NCBI RefSeq assembly: GCF_009914755.1
Contig: NC_060930.1
Strand: one strand, 5' to 3'
Length of the DNA stretch: 64,000 nucleotides
From: the human T2T-CHM13v2.0 reference genome, Homo sapiens
In this document: piece after piece, positions 52,580-64,000 of the stretch
Layout: every line of letters begins with the position of its first letter
Position numbering within the stretch: the first letter of the stretch is position 1
Notes under the pieces: model-generated
The model's input: the letters and a program-made list of their open reading frames with translations, nothing else
What the model was told of the DNA's origin: nothing
Database searches by the model: none
Translations under genes and position numbers: made by a program

Positions 52580-55500
52580 TAGAATTTCTATATTCCTATT
52601 GAAACATATAAATGGCGAATAAAATGCTCCAAAAAATTTTTTTAAATGGAAAATATAAATTCCTGCAGAAACCAGGATTCAAAACACGTTTTTCTCTTTT
52701 CCTTGCTTTATTTTACTTTTAAGATTCTACTAGAATCAGAAATACTTACTGAAAATTGAAAACAGATATCTTATTGAGGAAAGTATATATCCCATTACAT
52801 TTAAAGGATCTTTTTCCCTCAAGCTTAATATATGTAAGTGGACAGTAGAAATGGATTTCCTTCATTCCAATTGGGTTCTGTTACTCAGCTTGCTGTAAGG
52901 ATTTTAGGGAAAATAAGATTAATTGAATACTTGGAACTATTTATGATAGTAACTGTTTTGTCAGCATATTCATAGAATTGATTTGTGGTTTATTATCGTA
53001 AAATGTTTTTTCTTAGTGTAAAAAATTTTTAAGTGCCTTATGAGGAGCAATTTCATTCTGAGATGAGGCATTGAAGGCAATTTACTTTTTTATATTCTTT
53101 CAAGTCACAAATGATGCTGTACCTGAGTAAAAGAGAGTGAATCCTATTTTGTCGTCTCACAAACTGCCTTTCATTTAGTGTCTGAGCTTCGACTTGTTAA
53201 AGAGTTTCTACACACGTTTTACTGAAACATACAAACATTTAAACAAAACTGGGTGCACATTTCACTTGGAGAACAAAGTTTAAAAACCAACTGACATACT
53301 TTAGCTTTTATATCTATAATATCTATAAACATCATCACTTCAGACCAAGAAAGAACTTCTTGCGAAAAAAGTTTAATGAAAGTACACCTGATATATTTTT
53401 ATCATTTTCTTTCTTTAAAAATTGGAAGTAACTCTTCCCAGCATAGTATATCCAATGAAATAAACCTTAGCCAGATGTTTTATATCTCTTTGGGTTGTAG
53501 GTATCCAGCCAAATCTCATTTAGAACTCACCTTCTGAAAATGCTTGCATGATAATGCTTCCCTACAAAAATTTTTTAATCTTTTTAAGGCTTATGATTTT
53601 TATTTTTTCTTTTCTTCATAAATTAGCATTAATCCATGGACTCTAGAGCTAATGCCTTTGAATCCCTGGCCTTTTGGCTATGTCTCTTCCTAGGATTTAC
53701 TGCCGCACTCCGCCATAGGATTAATCTGCATAAGTACTTACCGCTTGGGTTATAAATTAACACCATTCAAGAAGAGGGCACAATCATTTACTGAATTCTG
53801 AGTTGTAATATGAAGTCAAATATCATCGTTGATTTGAATATAAAATTAAAAGCCAAGGCACTGGCTTGCCTCTTGAGGCTGGCACCTACAACCTCTCATA
53901 AAGAAATTTACAAAAAAGAAAAGCAGAAAGAAAGAAAGAAAGAAAAAAGACTGACTGATTTTCACTCTTTCTGTGGATGCTCATTTAGCGATTCCACGAA
54001 CAATCCCTGAACTTAAAACTACTCTGTTTTTTGTTGTAATGATACCCTTCTGGGCTATTTCCTACAGCGAAACACCATGTAAAGAGGTTTGGTGGTGCAG
54101 GTAGCAACTTCATTGAATAAAAGAAATGTAAAGCTATTTCAGTTTTCCCTGCTGCATACCATTCACAGATATGGAAATAATGTTATGTTGTGAATCTAGT
54201 TTCATGTTTTGTTTTTCTTATATACTGCAATTCAAGATTTCCTTCTTCATTGTCATAAATAGCATTCCTTCATGTGGCCTATTGCTGTGCATGAATACCA
54301 AGTTTTTCTCTGGCTCTTCCTGAAAACAATTGGGCCTGGTTGACATTTTTGGTGTATAGCAAATCTATCATTCTCTACATATACATTTGCACTTCAATCT
54401 AACAGACATTTATTAGGAATCTGATATGTGCCAGGTCACTGGTGTCAGAGTTCTCTCTGATCCCATCCAGTCTCAAGTAAAGTCATTATAAAAGTCAGAG
54501 TGAGAGGTGATAAAAATAAACCCAACTCTATTCCTATTCTCTACACTTTTCCTATTCTCCTCCTCCTGTAGCTGACAAATCCCTGAACAGTATACCAATC
54601 TAGTACTTCACTTAACTACAACATTTATTATACTTTATTTAATTACAGGCGAATGACGTCTCTGCAACCTGTTTTTGTTTTTATTTTGCACACATTTGTT
54701 TTAGAAGCAAAAATACAAAATATAAATATAATTACAATATACAATAAATAAAATAATTTTTGGACCTCTTTCCTTACTATTTTTAGTCATGGTAGCTAAA
54801 AACTGAACATTATCTGGCAATAATTATTGTTTGACAACAACTAATACAGGACAACAGATACAAAGATACAAACCTGGTTTTTGTTTTCCACTGGATGATG
54901 TGAATATACACATCTGCTCTCCTTGTGAGCTTTATTTTCAATTGTTTTGTTTATTGTAGTTAAAAAGATACATAGTAAAGATGCCCACTGTAACACTGTA
55001 AACTTAATATATTAGGCACATTCCAGCAATTCTCTGCAAAGTTTATCTCGTTAAACAAATGCCACTGACATGTTTATGTGTGTTCTAATTAAAAGCCATT
55101 ATTAATGGGTTATAACTTGCTTTAAAAATATCTCTGGCATACATTTCAGAAGTTTCGTTTCATTTTAATCCAATGACATGCTTTCCATATTATTTTCCAT
55201 GTAATTAAAGAGATGTTACTCTCATTTCCTCTCCAGTGCACCGATGTTTTAACTATTGAAATTCTAACTGACATTGTTCATTTGTTAGATTGTAACTATT
55301 AATTTTATGTGGCTGGCATTTTCCTAATTTAAGTACCTTGTGCTTAATCTTCACTGAGGTCACACAACTTTTTATGGAGATATTAGAAAGTATGAGTTGT
55401 TCTCATTTTTTTTCCTAGGGGCTTAAGTTAGTGCAATGCTCTTAGTTAGCATCCTATAAATGATTGTTGGATTAGTGAGTGATGGTTACAGGGATTAAGA

Positions 55501-56734
55501 CTATCAAACCTTTCCCATCTTTTGGTTCTTCATTCTGCTTTCCATTAGATTATCAGAAATGCTGTGTTTCTTCTCTGCTTGAAAATGCAGCTGTACTAAT
55601 CCATCTGGTTGCCTTCATACAGATATATCCATAACCTACTCATTCTTTAAATCCATTTTAAATTAATGATTGTGGACATTTAATTTTCAATAAAGCCTCA
55701 GCAAAGCTCCAAGCACTTCTTCTTTGTATTTAGAAACTCAAATGGTGGTAAGACTATTGCATTCATTCAATTAGATATTAGTGGATTCATTGGAGGTTAT
55801 TGAAATAAACAAAACAATTGCATTTTGCAATATTGAATAGTGTCAGCGATGGAATTGATGATTTTTTTTTTGTACAAATTTGTTCTTCTCATGAAATGCT
55901 ATGATTCTCAGGGAGGAAGTCACGGGAAGCCATGCCTGTGCAGACAGGCCCCATTATCCTTGCAGCAGGGGTGCTCCATCACGTAACTTTATCTGTTCTG
56001 AAGATTGGAAAATCCAGGATGCAGTGGATTTTCAAAGAGCCCATCTGTGTTGTGTTTCAGCTCTCAGTCGCTGGCCCCTCTATCCTCAGTGAAAACTAAA
56101 TCTCCATGATGTGCTAGACGGCACGGGCTGGATTATTTGTATTACAGGTAATTTTCTGGTCACCCACAGGTGGCCAGAGCATGGTCAGCAAGCAGTGGGT
56201 TGATTCTGTAAGCATTTTAGTAAGTTGAATATTAGCCGTGACTTAAAGCTGATAGGGTTGTTGGTGGTGGTAGTGGTGTGTTGTTTTTTTTGTTTGCTAT
56301 TGTTTGTACTTTCATTTTTTATCACAACCCTCTTCCTCTGTTCCATGTGAATGTCCATAATTTATTGCAAGGGAAATACATGCGATTCTGGTAGAAACCA
56401 GATATCCCAGAGAATGTCATCTTGAATGGAATTAAAGTTTTTAAAATGATATGATTATCACAACGTTTATTTCCTTCTCCCATTTCAGACTCTTAAAAAC
56501 TATTAAGGGAGATATTTTCAGCTCATTCATGGTCTGTTACTATGAAGTCAGGAAGAGTTTGATTTTAAAGATTATGGAATTTCAGATGGAACGAATTTAA
56601 TTGAAAAAATTATGCATCTATCTGTAAAGAATGTAGAAGAAAAATGAATGCTCACTATTTTGCTGAAATGTCACAGGAGGTGTCCCATGAAAAGATCTTG
56701 CTCTTGCCATATTTGACAAAATTTAATTTGTTTG

Positions 56735-59040
56735 AAGGCAGTTTTTTGAGGTATAAAATTTAAAAATTCAATAAAATGCCTCATCATTTTAGGTACACAT
56801 TTTTATAAATTTTAACAAATATATATTATCAGGCTCATCCAAATAAAAATACACATCATTTCCTTCATACCAAAAAAATTCCCTCACTGTTCTCTACCTT
56901 TCCATCAGTTTCCTCTCTCCACCCCCAGACCCTGGCAACCAGTGGTCTGCTTCCTGGCCCTATATTTTTGTTATCATCACAATATCATATAAATGGAATT
57001 ATACGGCATTCAGCATTTTGGGTTTTGCTTTGTTCACTAATCCTGATACATTTGAAATTCGTAAGTCTTTTTGCAAGAGGGTAAGTTTGCCTTATTACTA
57101 AGTAGTATTCCTTTATATGGAGGTAACAATATTTGTTGATCGCTCCCACAGTCAATCGACATTTATTTCCAGCTTTTAATGATTATGAACAAACTTCCTA
57201 TAAACATACGGATACAAGTTTTTGTATGGAGATATGTTTTCATTTGTTTTAAATAAATTTAATTGCTGAGTTGTATGGTAAGTATATATTTAAATTGATG
57301 TGAAACTGCCAAGCTGTTTTCCAAAGTGGTTGTACTATTTTTCATTGCTACCAGGAATTCATGAAGTTTCTGTTGCTCTATAGTTTTAGCAATACTTGAA
57401 ATTTTTGTCTGCATTTTACAATACTTATAGGCAAGGTAATATCTCATTGCAGTTTTAATTTGCATTATCTTAATGACTAATGATGTTGAGCATCTTCTAA
57501 TATCTATGTAGAGTTTTTGGTAAGCATCTATTCAAATCTTTTGCTTGTTTTTAAAAACTTATACAAAAATAGGCACCTAGACTGATGGAACAGAATAGAG
57601 AGCTCAGAAATAAGGTTGCACACCTACTACCATCTGATCTTCAACAAAGCTGACAAAAATCAAGCAATGGGGAAAAGGCTCCCTATTCAATAAATGGTGT
57701 TGGGAGAACTGGCTAGCCATATGCAGAAGATTGACGTTGAACCCCTTCCTTATACCATATGTAAACATCAATTCAAGATGAATTAAAGACTTAAATGTAA
57801 AATCCAAAACTATAAAAACCTGGAAGACAAACTAGGCAATACCACCCTGGATATAACAGGCAAAGATTTCATGACAAAGACACCAAAAATGATCACAACA
57901 AAAGCAAAATTGACAAGTGGGATCTAATTAAACCGAAGAGCTTCTGCACAGCAAAAAGAACTATCAACAGAGTAAACAGGCAACCAACAGAATGGGAAAA
58001 CATTTTTTCAAACTGTGTATCCAACAAAGGTGTAATATCCAGCATTTATAAGAAACTTAAATTATACAAGAGAAAGACACAACCCCATTAAAACAGTGAA
58101 CAAACAGACTTTTGGAGAGATACTTTTCAAAGAAGACCAACAAGCATATGAAAAAGCTTGGCCAACAAGCATATGAAAAAAAAAAGTTCACTACCACTGA
58201 TCATTAGAGAAATACAAATCAAAACCACAATGAGATATCATCTCACACCAATCAGAATGGCCATTATAGAAAAATAAAAAAATAGCAGATGCTGATGAAG
58301 TTGCAGAGAAAAGAGAATACTTATACACAGTTGTTGTGAGTGTAAATCAACCTAAATCCCCATCAATGACAGAGTGGATAAAGAAAATGTGGTACATATA
58401 CAACATGGAATACTATGCAGCCATAAAAAAGAATGAGATAATGTCTTTTGTGGGAACATGAATGGAGCTGGAGACTATTATCCTTAGCAAACTAATGCAG
58501 GAACAGAAAACCAAATACTGAATATTCTCACTTATAAGTGGAAGCTACATGATGAGAACTTACGAACACAAAGAAAGAAATAACAGACACTGGGGTCTAT
58601 TGAGGGTGGAGGGTGGGAGGAGGGAGAGGAGAGAAGATAAGTATTAGTACTGGGCTTAATAACTGGGTGGTGAAATAATCTGTACAACAAACCCCCATGA
58701 CATGAGTTTACCTATGTAACAAACCTTCACATGTACCACTGAACCTAAAATAAAAGTTAAGAAATAAAAATAAAATTTTGGTTGTTTATTATTGAAATAT
58801 TAATTAATTGGCTATTAATTATTTATTCTGGAAACAGGTTATTTATATTTAGCACGTAGGTGTTTTATAAATATTTTCTACCAGTTTATGGTTTTCTTAT
58901 TCTGTTTATGGCATCTTTCGAAGGGCAGAACCTTTTAATTTTGGTAAAGTCCAATTTGGCAAACTTTTCTTTTGTGATTCCTGTGTTTTGTCTCCTATCT
59001 AAGAGATCTTTAATTTTTCCTAACCCAAGATCTCAAAGAG
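56735..59040 (-). mobile_element. L1MC/MD-type 3' region interrupted by L1PA14
   Basis: cagaccctggcaaccagtggtctgc and catataaatggaattata, plus ORF2-like MQIKTAMRYYL at 57259-57465. Resumes at ~58775. Confidence 0.8.
57560..58775 (+). mobile_element. 5'-truncated L1PA14-like element
   Basis: ORF2 3' part plus a 3' UTR with gatgagaacttacgaacacaaagaa...aaaccttcacatgtacc and an A-rich tail. Confidence 0.88.
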
Positions 59041-59524
59041 CTATGAAAAGTTTATATTCAAAGCCTTGAGGAGAGTTTGTAAGGCACGTTGATCATGGAT
59101 ACACAGCAAGCCTGGAGAAAGTGGGCTCTGGAACCTGGCCTATGTCACCTAGTGGACCAAGAGAAACCAGGGTGGAACTGACCAGCCCCCAGAGTTTGAC
59201 TGCCCAAGGAGAAGCAGATAGGTAGACACAGTGTCCAAAAAAGACAGAGCAAGCTCATATGTGATTCAAGTAATGGTCAATATCAAGGAGTCAGAGGACA
59301 GAAGGATGGGGATGGGGTGAGCGTGGAGTAGAAACTCAAAAAATGTGCCCCCTGTTGTCAGGAAACCACATGGCCTGATGAAGCACAGCAAATATCCATT
59401 CCTCAGAGAGAGAGCTGAGAAATAGTTTCCTAGCATTCACTTCTAGGGAAACAATTCCAAGACTTTTGGGGTGCAATAGGAAAGCCTGTGATTCACTCTC
59501 CTTTACAAGCTCACAGGTCTTAAA

Positions 59525-59724
59525 GCACCATTTCTCAAAGTGTGATTTCAGGACCATCTGCCTCTGAACTACCTGGGAGGTCATTTGTTATGCAGATTCC
59601 TGGGCTGACTTGCACCAGCTTGCTGAATCAGAATTGTTTGGAGGATGGCAAGTAAGTCTCTGGACTTTTTACAAGCTTTTCAGGAGACTGCTAAAAAACT
59701 CCAGTAACTTAAGGTATAACAACT
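59525..59724. mobile_element. MER5-family MITE
   Basis: tttctcaaagtgtg...atgcagattcctgggc...ctgaatcagaa...ttttacaagc. Confidence 0.75.
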
Positions 59725-60814
59725 ATTAAAAACTAAAGGAATGGGACCAAGGAAAGATGTGAAGAGATGCAGCTGTGTGTTTTTATGTTTTTCTTGGCTT
59801 TGGATGAATTGTCACAGGAGCTGAAGCTGTGTCTGATCTAGAAGTAATATAACTTAGTATTATTTCTGCAAGGCAGAAAATGGGAAGGGGAAACTACTCT
59901 TTTGAATGTATACATAAGCTGGCAATATATTATGAAATATATATTAGCTAGCTGAATAGATGTAGATATAGATGGAAAAATAAATGAATATAGACAGAGT
60001 CATTTGCACCAATGGAGGAGTCAGTAACCACTGAAACAATATAAATATAATAATCAGAACAATGTTTTCACTGAAAGATTTTAGGTTTTGTTTTGAAGAA
60101 AATGCTTCATTTCATCATTTGAAGTGGCAGCACCTCTCAAGGTATATCAAAAATTTATTAAGTATTTATGTTATATATAATATTTAATTGCAACAACATG
60201 AAAATAATAAATGTATTCCAGTACCTGACATCTGGCACATTAATTCTTAATCAAAACTCCTAAAGGCTATTTTTTAATTTTTCTCTTTTACTTTGGTTAT
60301 TATACAATGCCTATTTATAACAACTTTGTTTTTAATTTCCTGATTTTACGCATATAAAATGAATCACCATAATGCAAGTGAGAGTTTATAAACATGAATA
60401 AAAATGAGTGGAAATATGCTGTGTGAAATAAAATGGCAAGCTATTTTAAGTCTAAGTTCTCACCTAAAAATATCAATTATTATAAGTCATTTTTGTTTAA
60501 ATAAAAAGGAAAAATAACCATAGGTGATTTTCTTTTCAGTGCAAATCCATGAGGACATCACAGCCCTGATTTCTAGGTTAGTTCTGACTATTACACAAGT
60601 GAAAAAAAAAAAAGACCTTTGCCCTTGCAGACCGTTTTGTTTCTAAGTCCTACCTCAGTAACTCACCCAAAATGAAAAACAGATCTTGGGGCTGTTTTAG
60701 CATTATTTTAAGCCACATTACTGCATACAAGTGAATTTTGTTTTGCTTTGGTTTTGCTGTAGCATAAATTAACAAGGTGTCAAATGAACATCATGACCCC
60801 ATTTTTATCTCCAG

Positions 60815-60939
60815 CAGACTAAATTCAGAGCTGAGAACAGGGCCGCCTTCTGCAGCTCAGCGAAACTGTACGTGGAAAATTTCACAAGCTCAGCTGGTTC
60901 TTGGGGACAGCAAATCTCCGGTATCCTGATGATCATCTG
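60815..60939 (+). other. Candidate exon (125 nt)
   Basis: Acceptor tttttatctccAG and donor ctg/GTAAGA in non-repeat sequence. No transcript evidence. Confidence 0.3.
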
Positions 60940-61624
60940 GTAAGAACATTTCCACACTTTGTGACTCACGCGAGCCTTGATCTCATGGTGCTTTCACTGT
61001 CCACTAATCATATTTGAAACCTGTGCTTCCTCTGCCGAGTGTGGAGAATCTACCGTAAAGAAAGTGCCCTTTCAGCTGTAGTTTTTCTCCACACAGCACT
61101 ACCCTGATTTTGGAAAGAGCTCAACTCTTCATCTCCCCTGGGCACATAGAACAGCAGAATGGAAGAGTGGAAACTGCCAAAACGCTAATCATGGAAAAAA
61201 AAAAATAACAAGATCCAGATGGGACAAAATGGACATATTTCATTTATCCTGGGAAACTCTACAGTATATCATTTGAGATGCATAACACACCCAGCCTTGG
61301 CCCTTTATAAACAAACACTACAGAGGCATATGCCACAAGATTATAAACAGAGTTGGCCATAAATTTCATAGGACCATACATTCAGCGTTGCACACATGGC
61401 TGCGGCTTATTCAGCGGGATCCGGAGGCTCAGTCTGTTCCCTTGGCTGCTAATCAATTCTGTAATCTCAGCTCACCCAAAGGGGCAGAATCCCAGAGGGC
61501 CAATTCACCCTAATGAAACTCACAGGCATTTCACACCAAAAGAAACTACAGCTCACTTTGACTCGGCCCATGCCTGTGCTAGGAAACCATGTTTATGATG
61601 CCAAGGTTTTTGAAGGGCTAGAAA

Positions 61625-61822
61625 AGCCGTTCTTAACCTTTAGTGGGCAGAAGTGGGTTGCTTAAAAAAGCAGAGATTCCTTGGTTTCCAGTTCCAGCTC
61701 TCAACTTCAATCCGTCTCTACTAATTCAGTAGATTTGGGCTCGAGTTTTACATCCACCTTTTGAACAAGCACTTCAGGTGACTGAACTAGTGGTTCTAGA
61801 AAACACACTTGAAGAAACACTG
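61625..61822. mobile_element. MER5-family MITE
   Basis: taattcagtagatttggg...aacaagcacttcaggtga...cacacttgaagaaacactg. Confidence 0.7.
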
Positions 61823-62163
61823 AAATACATCAATTATTAGGAGACTGCTTTTACGGGTATGGAAGATATTTCTAAGAGTCATCCCATTAGCCTTATTCAG
61901 GAAGGAAACTGTCCTCCATTCTGAAGGAGTGGCATAAATATAAGGTGATAGGCTATAATCGACCTCTTGATCAGAATCCCAACGATGTTTTCCAAATTAT
62001 TATATGCATTAACTAGTACTATGCACAAAGAGGGATTTTTAATCACTAATTTCTGATACTTTATGTGCCCTGCTTCACCCTTACATTCCCTACCCTGTGG
62101 CTTCTATGTAGTTGAATTGTTTGTATGGTAATTCCCAGAATCACCTTTTCTCTGTCCCTACAG

Positions 62164-62199
62164 GAAAGAGCAGTGGACCATGAGGAAACCCAGCTCAGG
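62164..62199 (+). other. Candidate 36-nt exon
   Basis: Strong acceptor ccttttctctgtccctacAG and consensus donor agg/GTAAGT. Confidence 0.35.
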
Positions 62200-62253
62200 G
62201 TAAGTTAGCTAAAGATCAGACTTCATGAAAATTACTTCGTCTCTCCCTTCCAG

Positions 62254-62354
62254 ATCAATCATTCTGGAACTCAAGGGCTACGTAAAACTGCATGCAGTTT
62301 GAAGCACAGGGTGGGGAAATACAAGGAATTTGAAGTTCCAACAAGCTTAGAACT
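62254..62354 (+). other. Candidate 101-nt exon
   Basis: Strong acceptor cttcgtctctcccttccAG and donor act/GTGAGT. Confidence 0.35.
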
Positions 62355-63465
62355 GTGAGTCAGTGGCCCTTGGTGGCAATGGACTCAGAAGGGCAGGGGC
62401 TAACTGGTGGCAGAAGGTATAGAGGCTACATCACCCACTCCTCCCCAGGAAAACTCAGAATACGTGGGTGAGATGGAAGCAAGGAAATGGCCCTGCACCT
62501 TCACATAATTTGTTTTAGTCTTGGCTTTGCCTCTTCGTTAACTTATAATTTTATTTTTGTTTTTGTCAAAGATGGATTCATGTCCTTTTAATGTGCCTGG
62601 CATGTATTATTTTTGGACTTATAGAAGGCACTGCCTACTTAGTTGCCTTCTGTTTCCTTGGCTCTTGGCTCTTCAATCCTATGGACTTCCCAAAACAGTG
62701 ATTATAAGAATGCCAGGACACCATAGGTGCCTATGTCCCATCTGTAATGGAACTGTCTAGAAGCCTCAGCAAATAGAGCATAATGATCACATGGAACTAT
62801 GATGTATCCTGTCAACTTTTCTCTGCTTCAGCTTTTTATTTTATTTTATTTTGTATTACCTGTTATCATGACTCATTATAGTAAAGTCCTAGATGAATCA
62901 TGGCTCATCTTCATAAATCTTGGTATCTTCATCCAGAATAAGTTCATAACTGAGACAGTGGTCTTTTTAAGTCATTTTCTAAGGCCTTGAAATCAAACTG
63001 CTAAAAGTTCTGTGGTGTAAGAGTAATATATTTTAATTTCTCCATACATTAGCTTAACTTCTACTTTGTGCCCACTTCTTCTTTGGTGGGAAAATAAACT
63101 ATGGTCAACAAACTACTTTATCTACTTCCACTTTCTCGGCATGGCATCTAAATTCCAGGGGCTTTCATGGTGCCATGCTTGGGGGTTAGAGGCATCTGAT
63201 TCTTGGTGATCATCATTGCAGGCTGTCTTTTCAGCCGTATTTCATCTCATCTCCTCCCTAGACTACAACCATGCAGGGACCTGAGGATATATCCCTTGCT
63301 TCGGGCTATAGCAGTTCTCCAGTTCCAGCTCTCTGACAACTGCTACCATCCACCTATCAGGCATTGGGAACGCTTAGCTGCTTTCATTTAGTAGACTGGG
63401 ACCTGCGAAACACTGTGAGCTCTCAGGGCCATCAAAGGTTCTTTAACAATTTGTTGCTCTTCTAG

Positions 63466-63614
63466 GGTGAACAGGAAATCCTTCAGATAACATATGGAAC
63501 TTGCCAGTTTCTTAGAATGTTCTGTGTGGCTGGTAGACACACTTTGTGTGTGCTTTTATTTCCATACCAATCCAAGAATTCTAATCTTTGGGGAGAGTGA
63601 GCTTGGGGAGAGAG
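63466..63614 (+). other. Candidate 149-nt exon
   Basis: Acceptor tttgttgctcttctAG and donor gag/GTAAGG. Confidence 0.3.
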
Positions 63615-64000
63615 GTAAGGTACAGGGACTTTTTTATACCTTTTTTTCCATTTCTCTTTTTCCTCCTACTCTTTCTCTCCTTCTTCTTATTCAGAAAATT
63701 TTATCTAGACTCTAGAGATTACAAAACATTATTCCGATTTTGTATTCTTGCATCCTTTCAAATCTACTTTGTTCCTGGGTAATAGGTTTTTTTTTTTTTT
63801 GTTACTGTTTTTGAAATTCAAAAGCCAGAACTTTTTTGTTGCAGCCTTCAGCATGATACCTCTCCTAAGGCAATGCTGGCAGAATGCCTGTGTTGTAATT
63901 GGTTGGGGTCAGGGTGAGGCAGAGGTTGGGAAAAATGAGAGGTGCAGAAATAGTGGAAAAACCATATTGGCTAATAAACCTAAATATTTTCTCACTACCC

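Noticed and set aside
59138-59160. CTCF-like motif (ccactaggtgaca on the - strand)
   Set aside because: Mismatch in the core GGC and no supporting context; single motif matches are common.

Overview
Primate (human or great-ape-like) genomic DNA, AT-rich and repeat-dense, read as intergenic or deep-intronic. AluY-lineage and L1PA elements fix the lineage. I find no credible protein-coding gene: every ORF in the track is either a decayed L1, Tigger, Alu or LTR fragment or a chance frame. Positions ~26.9-51.4 kb are an almost continuous nest of transposons: old L1M scaffolds hit by an apparently full-length Tigger4/Zombi DNA transposon, a rearranged L1PA8A-like element with an intact 5' end and an internal inversion, an L1PA7-like element carrying a Yd-type Alu, and several Alus. 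The most notable observations are a 90-bp locally templated insertion splitting a MIR, a retroposed 28S rRNA 3' end in an old L1 tail, the sense-inverted-sense L1, a MER91-like hairpin MITE with a TA-expanded loop, an unexplained ~100-nt hairpin at 17.7 kb, and a chain of candidate non-coding exons at 56-63.6 kb. Subfamily names come from recalled consensus sequences, not a database search. Boundaries of old elements are approximate. I see no evidence of a new multi-gene system.
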